Assembly (NCBI GenBank): GCA_000708835.1
Contig: DF237363.1
Span: 18,631-82,630 of the forward strand
From: Klebsormidium nitens
Taxonomy: Eukaryota; Plantae; Klebsormidiophyceae
Reading direction: 5' to 3'
Length of the DNA: 64,000 nucleotides
The position numbers were made by a program, and so were the translations under genes. A model generated the notes under the pieces. That model was given only the letters and a program-made list of their open reading frames with translations. It was not told the DNA's origin and searched no databases. Positions 43,001 through 55,019 of the stretch are shown piece after piece. The stretch's first letter is position 1. Every line of letters begins with the position of its first letter.

Positions 43001-45851
43001 CGATCGTCAACACCTTCCCCGACTCTGCCGCCAGACTGACAGCTGTCACGTCCTGCATGTAGTGCGCCTCCGACCAGGACCACAGGTTCTGGGTTAAACT
43101 GCGGGGGGCCCTCTCCCAGACTTTAACCTCTACTTGCGAGGCCTGTTCCCAGAGTGCGTCATAGCCCGCCAGCACCTGAACAGGGCCTCCTTCCAGAGAG
43201 CGGATGTGCACGGAAACGGGGAACTCGCCGTCAGCTCCGAGGGAGTGCACGGATGAGCGCTCGAGGCCCGTCTTGCGGTGGTCGCGCACCTCCCAAACCT
43301 GAAGGATTGGGACGAATGTCTGTGTTTAAAAGCGGGTTGCATGCTGGAATAGGATTGGCTTAGACAATTATGTTGGACGAGCCCTCCTTAGGTCGCCCTT
43401 CATGACAGTCGGGTCGATTTGTTGGAAGCATGAATCACTTGTCAACATGGGAAACACTGAACTTCAACGGATGCACACAGTCAAAGGAACAGACAAGGGA
43501 CGTCATAGTTACTACTGTAGCGGCTGACTTTCGAATGAAGCCGTAAGCTTCTTCATGGGACCGGCAAGCACTAACCTGCCTTCTCACTCGACCCAGTAGC
43601 AGCTGTCAAAAAGATTTTCGTGAAATTATCAAGTTTCAAAAGGCTCATGACCTTGTTATTAGGCATTCTTTCCATACTGTGCGCCAAGTTTCCAACAGCC
43701 CGCTAAGAGGTGGCCCGTTATCCATAGCTCATCAGAAGATGTCTTGAGAGTCCCTCATCCGACTATAAACCTGCAGTTGACCCCTAGGAACCTTGTACAG
43801 CATCACCAGGAACGTGAGTTAGCGACTAACCTGCAGAACGTCCGCCTCCATCGCCACGCCAAACCAGTACCCCCTCCCATCGGACATTGCATCGACGTCC
43901 AAACCCAGCACCGGCCGCCCCTCTCCCGCCCCCAACACTTTGGGTAACGTATTCTGCCCCTCGGGACTTACGTCCCATAAGAGCACATCCCCAATGCCCC
44001 CTCCCGTCACCACATAGAAACCGTCCGGAGTGAAGCGCACCGCGGAGATGTTAGAAACTAGCCCCGCAGGGTTAACGAAAACCCGGGGCTTGCTCCCCTG
44101 CCAGAAGCGCTGCGTCTCGGCGGCGTCGGAGCCGAGGCTTTTCGGTGCGGGACTGACGAGACCGTCAACCGGAGGCGCATAAGGGACCACTTCGCCGTTC
44201 GCGCCACTGCTCTGCTCCTCCTTGATCGTGATCACAACGTCCTTCTTCCTGAGCCCCGTGAGCGACCCGATCGGCGCGATGATCGTCGACTGAATCGTTT
44301 CTTTCGCCGTCATGAAGAAATCGGGCCGCGGTTCCTTGACCCCTTGGCTTGGCGCATTTCGGCTATTCTTCAAGAGAGACCGCACGACACACCGCCGCCG
44401 CCAGCCGACGTTCCCGATCCAGCTCGAAGTCCCGGTGCTCCTGGTAGACCCTCCGTACGAACTCCGACTGTATCTACTCCCCCCCTCGCCCTTGGCATCC
44501 AGATTCCAGACAAGCAGCTGACCCTTCTCCGTCCCTGCGGCCAGCAGGCACACGTGCGCGCTGTGCAACTGCGAGATCCACTGCTCCTTGGAGGGGTCAA
44601 TCTCTTCCTCATCATCGTCCGAAAAGTCATTCGGACCATTGGAAGCGGCGTCCGAAGACGTGGAACTGAACGAGCTGAGTTGGGTGAGCTCGGTGAGGCT
44701 CTCCTGAATGAGCGAGTCTTGGGGGGGGCACCAGAGGGCGATGCAGTTCACGTGGTGGCCGGCAGACCAAAGGGAGTGGACGGTGCCTTTGCCGGTGTTG
44801 TAGACTTGCACGATGCCAGAATGCAGTAGAATGACGATGTACCTGGTTGTAAGACGACGGGAGAGATCTGTATGTGGCGTGTGAAATGTTGTGGCTTGTG
44901 AGGCTGACGTGGCTTGAGACAGATGCTTCAGAGGAGGATGACGACATACGACATTCAGAGAATCTTCAGATGGAGAGGAAGATGCGAAACAGCAGATGAC
45001 AAAAAGTCCAAACAAGGGGGGAAAAGTAGTATTGCGGCTTGAGAGTCCTAAAATGACGGTGGTGTCAATTTCAGTATGTTCTTCCCCCTTCCCATCCGTG
45101 ATATGACCACTATGTCTTCACATAACGCTGGTAAGATTGATCACTGGTATACATGTGGTTTAGCAACACAAAACAGGCATACAGTTTGCTATCTCTTCAA
45201 TTTTAAGCGGTGGTGACAAGTGGGGTTTTCTCAAATCTGGATGGCCTATCAGACTTCTCACCTGGCATCGAGGTTTTGGTGCACATAAGCAATGTACAAG
45301 TTTGCTTTACTTTCAGATGACGATAGACTCTCCAAAGACAGCCCAGCGTAAGCAATACTGCCATATTGGATAGTGTCCGCTTCACGATACTACATGAATG
45401 GAGAGACGAACATTATGCAAAAGTGTCATCATCTCCAATCAAGCGAAGTACTTTTCGGATGGGTCAAGACTTGACAGAATAAGCAAGGAGACCTTGAAAA
45501 TACACCTGATCCTAAGCTCAGCCAAATGCAATCCTGTTCCAAGAAGAGGAAGGAAGTTTGAGAATTAAAGAGAGCAATGAACAGTGTCTTTCTTCCTTGC
45601 TAAGTAGTCTTCTGCATCTTAGTTGTCAAGAAGTCACTTTCGATGCTCCTCAAACCTCACCTTCCATCCTGTGCAATCCTGATCTGCTTCACTGATGACT
45701 CAGCGGTTTCTTCTGTCAGTGGCCACCTTCGAATGCGATTCTGTGAGGGGTGCAGCAGCCTGTTCTGAGTACGTCGCGCACTCTGCGCTGCAGGATTCAA
45801 CCCAGACGACGTGCTACCGCTGCCCGCAGTCGACGGCCTCTTTGAGTACAT
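34006..45851 (-). CDS. TRP-family cation channel with large N-terminal WD40 region and ankyrin-like segment (about 12-13 exons)
   Basis: First exon 45851-45661 splices to ..AQDGR|YIVILLH; WD-like blades (FTPDGFYVVTGG..LWD, ISSDGD, LSPDGRWL, FSHDGRL); ankyrin-like LELAVDRGDLQAVSKLL; TRP pre-S1 ALLNHKW; S4-S5 FSMFGPLVSLLLEVVADIKAFL; pore FQSMFG; S6 IMLTVLIAIIS..F; post-S6 RAQMLFLIE..WFPAWL. Apparent 1-nt frameshift at a G9 run, 39476-39484. Confidence 0.85.
35500..36040 (-). repeat. Four to five degenerate ~120-bp tandem copies of a TRP intron/exon junction
   Basis: GGAGAACCAGGTGCGGCGGTACCTGGAGGAAGG-like motif recurs at ~35535, 35655, 35773 and 35899, with a weaker copy at ~36020. Confidence 0.85.
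36069..36236. mobile_element. Small non-autonomous TIR element (MITE, CACT-ended) in a TRP intron
   Basis: 36074-36101 and 36203-36230 are inverted repeats matching at 27/28 positions; ends CACTT...AAGTG; core is telomere-like CCCTAA/ACCC-rich. Confidence 0.6.
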
Positions 45852-46250
45852 CCTGACACCAGGATCTCAATTGTCAAAACATGTTAAAGAACAATGGGCA
45901 GCATGAACTTCCTCAGCAAGGCTCGGTTGACCTCCGTCTCAAAACACTCTACCAAATGACCTAGGTAAAGTATGCTGCTCCACGGTCCTGTTGGCAAAAC
46001 CTCTTAAAGTTGAAGACTGGCGCCTGGGCAGAGATTTTCTCCATGAGGCAAGCCTTCTTCTTGAACACAGCAACTCAGCTGAGCATGACTCTGACTGATG
46101 GTTTCTTTGAGCTGAGACAAGCTGACATCAGCTGCTCAGGGATTGAGGGCAAGCCAGCCAGCCGTTCGATACAAAGCTTCCTTGCGTAAACCGTTGGATG
46201 GATTTAGAAGCTGGCTAAGCAGCAGCACGCCTAATTCCGGGCAGAAGGCC

Positions 46251-49200
46251 TCAGCGGACGGCCCCCTCGCGGCCGCTCGCGCGCTGGATGATCATGGGCC
46301 TCCCGCGCGCGAGCATCAGCAATTCAGGGCGCCCAACCTCAATGGACATTGCATGTGCACTAGAAAATCCTACTAGTACTACACAGCTGAGAGCGTCGCA
46401 TGGATTACATGTGAAGCATGGCATTGCTGTGTATGATATAAGCAGAAACCATTCAAGGAGAGTCCTGCAGGACATCGACAAGGTCTCAAATAAAGCCGTT
46501 GTAAAGTTAGGCAAACCCGCTTAACACTACAAAGTGGATGGAGAATCTCCATCTGACACGACGTGCATTCAATCAGCTAGCTCTGAATTAGGCTGCATTT
46601 TATTCAAGGATGTGTAGATCGAGTGATCGCTTTGAGGGCTGGTCGGCTCAAGAAGATATGCGATTTGTTGCTAAGTGGAAAACCGCCCCTGGCCGCCATG
46701 TTTTGCCAGCCTATCTCTATATTTTTGGAATTCACTGCTATTAAGTTGAGTCCATACAAGGCCAGCCACATTACTTTCAATAAGTCATCTGCAAGGAGAT
46801 CACATCGAGCACAAATCCTACGTCTCATATAAGCGCGCCTAGCTGACAGTCATGACAGGAGCGCCGTCTCTCGTCCCTCTCAATTATGCACTTTGGTCGG
46901 ACTCATGCACGTCAATGCACTGAGCCGATGTTTTATGTGATTACAAAAGCCTGCTACTGATATGTTAGCTTCAGAGCATGATAATGCAACCAAAGTGTAC
47001 ATTCGTCCGGTTCAACAGTTTCCAATGCAGAAACCCATACGTTCTCTTCACATTGCCTCTCAGGGGCCTAAGAAATCGTCGAGATTGCTTGGATCCAACA
47101 TGACCATGATCAAGATTCATACATGGAATGCAAGCTTGCCTGCATCATTAACTCATAAAATTCCTGGGCCCAATTGATCTAAGTAAAGCCAACCAGCACA
47201 TATTAAATGGGCCGAATTTACGAACCCTTTCACACTTCCAAACATGGGCTTTCAGACGGCACAAAAGGTCTCAACGCAACAAGAACCTTTTGGTATTAAG
47301 AACCATCCCATTCGCTCTACCCTTTTCACTACCTGACGTCGAACATGGATCATACCTTCTGATGTGCAGACTCAACGGGAGTCTCAATCGCTTGCGCCAT
47401 TGCGCTTGCTATTTCGTCTATTTCTGCGAGAGCCGCTACTCGTGGCGGAACCTTCTGTCGGGTGCCACGCGGACCGGCCCTCTCCCATGCCATCGCGGCG
47501 ACCTTCTTGATTCCCGCTCGCTCGTAAGCCATCGCAATAGTACTCCAAGAGACCTGCACGAAAAGAAGGCGCAAGGCATGAAAGCACGCAAAAGCTAAAT
47601 GCAGAATGTTTGCACACATCTCATGCGTCGTACTGCTTTCCGACACCTTCGATGTAAAGAAGGTGTAAACAAACCAATTGACGACTTTGGCTGCCCGTGG
47701 CTACCCGTGCCCTACAGCAGGAAAGAACGGTAAAGCTCGTAGATGCTGCAAAGTTCGCTCCAATCGGTATACCAGTAAGCGTCAAGCATGCCACCGGGTT
47801 TCAGGATGCTCAGAGCACGGTTCTTGATCTTGGACCTTACGATTGACAATCCGATGACAACCGACGGCTCAAGAGATTGCAATCCTCAAGCAGAGCCTGG
47901 AAACCGGGACTGCAGATCTGACGCGCGGAGCGGTTATTTCCGACAGTATGTCAGCGGCGGAGATTAAAAAAATGGGATCAATCTGGAAAAGGTCGCCGCG
48001 CGGCCGCGCTCACCGTATCAGGCTCCACGCCCGCGAGCGTCATCTTGCGCAGCGTGTCGTCGAGGGGCTTCATGCGCTGCGCTTCGCCGTAACCCTTGAG
48101 CAGCGTGTTCCACGTAATCAGGTTGGGCACGTGCTCGCCCAACAGAAGGTTCCGGAACACCGCCTCCATGTCCTCCACCTGGGGAGGCGCAAATTCTAGG
48201 ATTAAGGATTTTTCTAATGAGATTTTAGAGACTTGCGTATGGTGATGCTAATTTCTGGGGGCTGATCCAAATCGGCACGTGCTCGCCCAACAGGATGTTT
48301 CGAATTACCGCTTCTAAATGTTCACACTGAGCAAAAACAGGTTCCACGTCAGGGTTCGGCTATGGGTGGGGTCTGAGATTCCGGGGTTTGCTTTCGAGAG
48401 CTATCCGAAAGCGACACATGCTCGTTGTCGAGCAGACGGCGAGACACCGCCCATATTTTTCAACAAGAAAAACCTGAATTAAAGATCACATCAAGAACGC
48501 AGGGATTTATACTTCTGAATTCACACCGATCTAGCGAAGAAGACCTTTCAACCCCGGAGTTTTCACGGCTTCTGATTGGCGAACGCATTGTATGTGCCCA
48601 TTGCTGACGCCACCCTGCCTCTCACATCGACAGATACCCCGTTCCAACCTGGTAATCTGGAACTTTACAACCCTGGAAAGCGTAGACCCTGAAACAACAA
48701 CTCTTCATGGCAAACGCGTCCAATACCGCGTGGTTACTGACTGTCTGTGCCGAAACGAATCTGACAAGGATGCCGTTCACAACCTGGTCCAACACCTTAC
48801 AATCCAGAAATATCCATTCTTTGAATCGCAAACCCAAACTCCCAAACCCTGAAACCCTCACCCGCTTCTCGTTGGCGAAGGCGTCCAGCACCGCGTTGTA
48901 CGTCACGATCGTTGGCGCCACGCCCGCGCGGCTCATGCGGTGCAGCAGGGCCTTCGCCTTATCCGCCTGGTTACTTTTTCCGTAACCCATGATCAGGCCG
49001 TTGAAGACGGCCGCGTTTCCCGGCAGCCCGGCGCTCTGCATCTCCTCAAAGTACTGCGAGGGAGACGGAACGGAAGGCTTTATGTTCTAGGAATAAGGAA
49101 AAGATTGTTTCCCCAGCAACCCCTGGTCATTAGCCCGTCGAAAAGTGCCGCACTTTTGCTAGCCCCGCCTTTGACTCTCCTTACAGAACGGTACCAGAGG

Positions 49201-52200
49201 GCAATTGTTCAAACAGGTTGCTCCTTGTTGAGACCATGCAGATAGAGTTGGGTGAGAGTTACATGAAACTTCCGAGTCGCTACGTTTCGACTACGGAGCC
49301 AGCCTGCCGAAGTGGCCGTATTCTCCAGCACCTCAGCGCTTCTGCATCCGCTCGAAGCAATGCATGAAGACGTGAAGGCTTGTGAGTACTCGCAACTGTG
49401 ATGCCGGCTAACGTACGGTTAGCGTCTGTGCCAGGATCGACCCAATCCGTGTTCCGTTGATGGTCTTTCCCACAACCCGCGCAAACTCTATCAAACTCCC
49501 AGTCCGTGAAGACGATTCTACGTTCCAATTAAGGCCGTCTATATCATCAGCCCGACGAAACCGGCTGCTTCCGCAAAAGCACCGTGCCCTGCCTTCCTGG
49601 TATGAATTTATGCGCAGAATCCAAAGATCACTGTTTGCGTTCTAGCAAAGTCTGTGACCCTTCATACCGCTGACGTCACGTTGGACGCTCACCTTCTCGG
49701 CGCGCTCCCACTCCCCAGCGCGCCCGAACGCGTCCATCAGCGTCCCGTACACGATGACGTCAGGCTCGATTCCCGCCTGCTGCATCGACCGGAACGCGCC
49801 CTCCATTTGCTCCCACTCCTTGTTGCGCCCGTGCATCTTCATCAGAATGCTGCACGCAGGCGAATCGTAGGAGTGAGAACTTTGCCAATTTTTGTGGCTT
49901 TGAACAGCTCTTTCTGTGCTCCAGGCCGCTGATCAAACTTGGTGAGACAATCGTAGTGGTTCACGCTAGTACTGACACTCGGAGAGTGCAGTGTGGCGGG
50001 GCTGACTTATCGACTGAACTCGATCTCCTATCGTTGTGGCTCTAGCTAGGGAGCTGGAATCGCGCATTGGCTCAGTATCGCTCAATTCAATCGCATACGA
50101 AGCTCTCGGGGCCGCTAAAGATACACTCAGGCTGGCACGTCGCAACTCGCTGCCGAAAGACCGCAAGACTCAGAAGCCGTCTCAAGAACTCAATTCAGGC
50201 TACTTCACATCGATTATCCATCGAAGTTGCACGTGAACTGACGCGGGGCCACTTCGAAAACCTCTCTCAAAAACGGCGGCTTACCTGTATGTCGACATGC
50301 TAGGCTGGAGGCCCTGTTGGATCATCTCCTGCACCAGTGCGTCAGCCTCGGCGGCGCGCCCCGCAGGGCCTAGCGAGTCGATCAGGACGTTGTACGTAAT
50401 GGTGTCCGGGTCCGCCCCTTCGGACCGCATCTCTTTCAGAAGGGAGAAAGCGGAGTCAAAGTCCCCGGCCTTGGCGAAAGCTGCACGAAGCGGCGGAAGC
50501 GGTTAAATCCGGGTCAAGAAGGATCAGCACGAGAACTTGCGAGTGAAGTACGAAGTTGGGGTGTCCGAGTCCGCCCCTTCGGACCGCATCTCTTTGAGGA
50601 GGTGGAAGGCGGAATCAAAGTCACCGGCATTTGCGAAAGCTGCACGAAGGGGGAAAAGCGGTTACATTTTGGATCAAGAAGGATCAGCGCAAAAAATCTT
50701 TGGGTGAAGAACGAAGTTAGGGTAACCGGATGCGCGCCCTCGGGCCGCATTTCTGTGAGGAGGGTAAACGTGGAATCTAAGTCACCGGCCTTGGCGAAAG
50801 CTGCACGGATCGAAAGAAGCAACTGGTTTTTCGGGTGGGAGTAGTACCACTTCGCCGCACCTTCATCGTCGCTTTTTGGTCAGCGGACGGTCATATAGAC
50901 TAGAGGGAGTAGGAGAAGCTTAGCCCTTTTGGTATCAGACTGAATGCATACGCAACTGAGCGAGAACGCGGCGCGACTGAAGGGACTGACAATGACATGG
51001 AAAACGAACTTGTATCTTTCTGCACCGTGACAACGCGAATTGAAGGACAACTTAAGATGGCACGCTTGGCACGTAGCTTGCGCAAAAGCTTTTCTTAGCC
51101 GTCGTGCTTGTCGAGAGCTGCGAACCTTAATATCACTTGTAGTAATCACAGAATAGGGGCTCTCGAAGCTCACCGGATATGAGAGAGGTGTACGTTCTAT
51201 TGTTGGGTTTCAGCCTCGCTTCCCGCATCTCCGACAGCAGGTCCCGCAGCCGCTGGGGCTCGACCCGAGACTTGACACCAGTGTTGAGAAGCGCGTTGTA
51301 GGTGACCTCTGTTGCCCGAACTGACCGGTCCTGATGAGCGAAGTCTGGTGTTAAAGCCAGCCCAGTGCGCGCCAAAAGTTGGGGCCAGAGTAAACGTTTA
51401 TTCTCATAAAAACCACGACGAGCAAATCTTTCTAACGTTCTCAGACTTCTGAGGGCGTGTAAAGCGGCAAAGCTTTCGTCTTGACATCGAAGTATTCAAG
51501 GGGTTCTCCAGGACTGCTGGAAAATCTGTACAGCCTTATGAGCTTTCATTTCGAACGAGTGATGGCCCACGGTGGAAGTTTCCAGCTCCAAGCTTGCCTT
51601 GATTTTTCTGGGACAAAGTGGGATCCTTTGAGTTGAGGCTTGGAGAAGTGTCTGTAGACAGCTTCGGTGTAATTCAGTATTCTTCGTTCAAGCTATAGTT
51701 GGAGAAGCTTTGAAAAATGGCTGATCAGGCGATTTCTCACCGCCTTGAGTTTTTGCACGATCTCCGTCGCGCTTTCAAACGCCTGCGCCCCGACCTGCGC
51801 GCTTATGGCCGAGTTGTAACATTTAATGTCCGGAGCGACGCCGGACGCTGCCATCTCGTCCAGAGCTTTGGACGCCAATGACGACAGCCTGCCACGTGGA
51901 GCAACAGCAGATGTCAGGATATTCTAACCGTAAATTGATCTGTATGTGAGATGTAGCATTGGCTCATGGCTGTGAGAATCATTCTTGTCTCCTCTTGAAG
52001 ATCTTTCACCAATTCAACTCTGAGGAATGCTCGAAGAGTTTGTGCGGATTCAGCCTAAAGCCTCAAGTTTCACCTCTGTCCGATAAACCTGTGCTGCTGT
52101 TTGCAGCTGGTGACATGACAAACAATTTCTACTTCCCAACCGGCGAGACCGGGCAGAACGAAAGTGCGAGCTGAATCTAATGAAAATTCTGACTCCCGTT

Positions 52201-54365
52201 TGGATACCGTACACTACCTGAGCAGATTGGAACACCGTTCCTTTTTCCTGCCCTCTCTTACTGAAAACTTGAGCGTAGCATTATACAGTAACCAGACGAT
52301 CTACAGACCACAAACTAGAGCAAAAGGGAAAGAGTCGTTCGTTGCGCTTACGAAGTATCGCCCTAGGACTGCAGATATCCGTGACAGTTTCTTACCTGTT
52401 CTTGCCGAGAAGTCCCAACAGAGTGGTGTAGATGATCGTATTTGGGGGGCAGTCCCTCTGCGTCTTCATCCAATCCACCACTTGCACTGCCGCCTGGATT
52501 CCCAGTACTGACTCAACCAGACGAAGCAACCGGTTCCATTCTGGCATGCTCAGGCGAGCACCCCAGCCTTCCAAAACGTCCGAAATCGGCTGTCCCCGTC
52601 CGATCTTCAGTGCTTCGAGGGCATCGTCCGCACGCATTCTTGTGGGGGCTGGGCCCCTGAAAAGAGTGGGGACAAAACCAGATTGAGTGACTAGATTGAG
52701 TGAAAGGTGATGCGGTGAGAAGAGTCCAGATCCCTTGCCTTTATGCAACTTTCAATAGCTTCGAAGGCGTTGTGGGCACGCATCCTCATCGGGGCTGGGC
52801 CTTGGAAAGAGGGGAGGCAGAAAGAAGTAACTAGATGGGTACAGAAAGATGCAATGGAAAGAGTCCAGATTCATTGCCTTTGTGCGAGCTTCAGTGCTTC
52901 AAAGGCGTCGTTTGCGCAGAGTCTTGTTGGGGCTGGGGGCCTGAGAAGTTGGGGCAGATTTTGAGCAACTAGACTAGAAGCAGTCGTAACTCAGATGATA
53001 GTCCTGGTTCGAATGCCCCTGTGCAAGACCGGCGCCGCAAACACGTCCAGACGGTGCCCTGTGTGAATGGGGGCCAGGAAAACGGGGCAAAGGTGTTGAG
53101 CTCTTTGTTGCTTGCTTCTGTTTGAAAGTAACGTGCGGAAAGCAAGACGACCAGGAGATAGTGAACACTAGCTGATTGCGCCATTGGCGGGCACTTGGGA
53201 AGCAGCCCTGAAGAATTCAACGTGGGAGTGGCATAATCCGCCGAGAGATCGAGAATGGGCCGTCCGAATAGGGCGCTTTCCAACATAGCGGACAGAAGAG
53301 GCACAGTGCTTTCAGCATCGTCCTTAGACAAAGCCAACAGGCTTGAGAGGAGTGAAGTAGACTATCCTGCGAGACTTACGAATCACTAAGTCAGCGTTGC
53401 ATCAGTCGAAGAAGAGTCACAAGAACCGCTTCGGAAACTAGGCGTTGCTGTAGTGAAATCAACATCATTGCGTCGATGACATACCTTTGAACGTACTGCC
53501 TCCCCCCGCCTCTTGTCCAAACATCTTGTCCCCTTGTCTCGACCTCCTCTGCGTTGATTACATCTCGTCTATCGTACCCCCTCCGTTGGCTTCCCCCCCG
53601 TCCCCTCCCCCGCCCACCCCTTCTCCCTTCTCCAGAACCCTCCCCCCTGGAAGAACCTTCATATGCTGCGTTCCTTTCATAACGCTGTCCGAACCCACCC
53701 CCCTCTCTGGTTACACCCTCTCCCCCTCCTCTGCTTGGATACCTCTCATCGCCATATCCGCCCCTCCGAGGCCCCCTGGAATCTCTTCCAGATTCGAAGT
53801 CTTGAAAGCCACCATTGCGTCCTGTATCATACTCTTTCCGTTGCACCCCCCTTGATGTCCTCTCAACATCAGACGTTCTGTATTCTCGTCCACCCACCCT
53901 CCTCTCTTGACTTTGGTAGCCTCCCTCGAAGCTGCCACTCCTACCTCTCCCCGCAGCCTGCTGCTCCTGCGACCCTGCTCCGGGGCCCCCACCTTCGTCG
54001 CTGTCCCAGGGGGATCTCCTATCGTTTTGCAAGCTCCTAGCACACAATAGCTTACGGCCCCCCCTGCCAAGTCCCTCAGCTCCTACCCCGAACTTTTCTC
54101 CAAATTCCCCCAACCCAGTCTTCCTCCTGAAAGGATTTGAATCCCAATTTGGAAAACCTGCACTGCCCCATACCAAGCGCCTCTCTACTTCTGCAGATAT
54201 ATGGCCAGCAGATGGAGTCGTGGCCTTAGCAGAGGCGTGGCAGCTCGGCACAATGTGTGCAGCTCCATTAAGTTCCCTCCCAGAAGTGCGACCACCCCTA
54301 CCATCGGAACCGCATAAGGCAAGGCACGCTTGGGAAGCACCTGAAAACGATGCTGTGTTGCTCAT
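46251..54365 (-). CDS. P-class pentatricopeptide repeat protein with transit-peptide-like and RGG-rich N-terminus
   Basis: Successive exons encode PPR motifs (PNTIIYTTLL, PDIKCYNSAI, VTYNALL, PNNRTYTSLI, PDTITYNVLI, PDVIVYGTLM, AVFNGLI, PTIVTYNAVL, PNLITWNTLL, PDT|VSWSTIA). The last exon, ending 46251, is tentative. Confidence 0.88.
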
Positions 54366-55019
54366 CTTCCGTGACGTGAAGGTGTTGATTTAAACTTTCT
54401 TCCTAGCAGCACACTACCACCATGCTCATCAGGGCTGGCGCAAAAGACGAGTACTTTTGTTCCCGAATGCTGGCAGCGCTCCCTCCAGAGACACTTCAGC
54501 AGGCCTCCCAATTAGCCGCCTGTGTTCCTTTGAATTCCCCAGCACTTGCGAAAGTGAGAGTTTGATGCCGCATTGCTGGATGCTTGTGGCGAGTTCTGAT
54601 GAGCACCTCAGGGCTGAGGCCCGTGAGGGCGGCTGTGACAATTTGATCATGATTTTAAGCTTTAACATTCTTGGGCAAATCATTACCGGACTAGTGCTCA
54701 TACTAGTTGCCTCGGAGTCATATCCACATGTGTAGGTCCCAGACCTTTGGTCTGCACTAGGTATGTACCGCTAGTCTACAGCAGGCTTCTTCGGCTGGGC
54801 ATTGAACTTGAACTTGAACTTTGAAGTTGAAAAGTCGAGCTTCGCATTCCAGTGTCTTCAACAAGAGCGTTCTTCTGCAAACATCTGGATGGTGCCAATA
54901 CAGCACTTTCACTGCTTTCAAAGAGAAGTGGCCGTGTTCACTTGTCCTCCTGGTTGTTGGTTCGCAGCTCGCACCAGAGCAAATTGATGCAGATTGGACG
55001 CCACCAGTAACCAGCTGCA

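Noticed and set aside
54802-54830. (TTGAAC)n short repeat in the bidirectional promoter region
   Set aside because: Only 3-4 copies; no evidence of function beyond a simple repeat.
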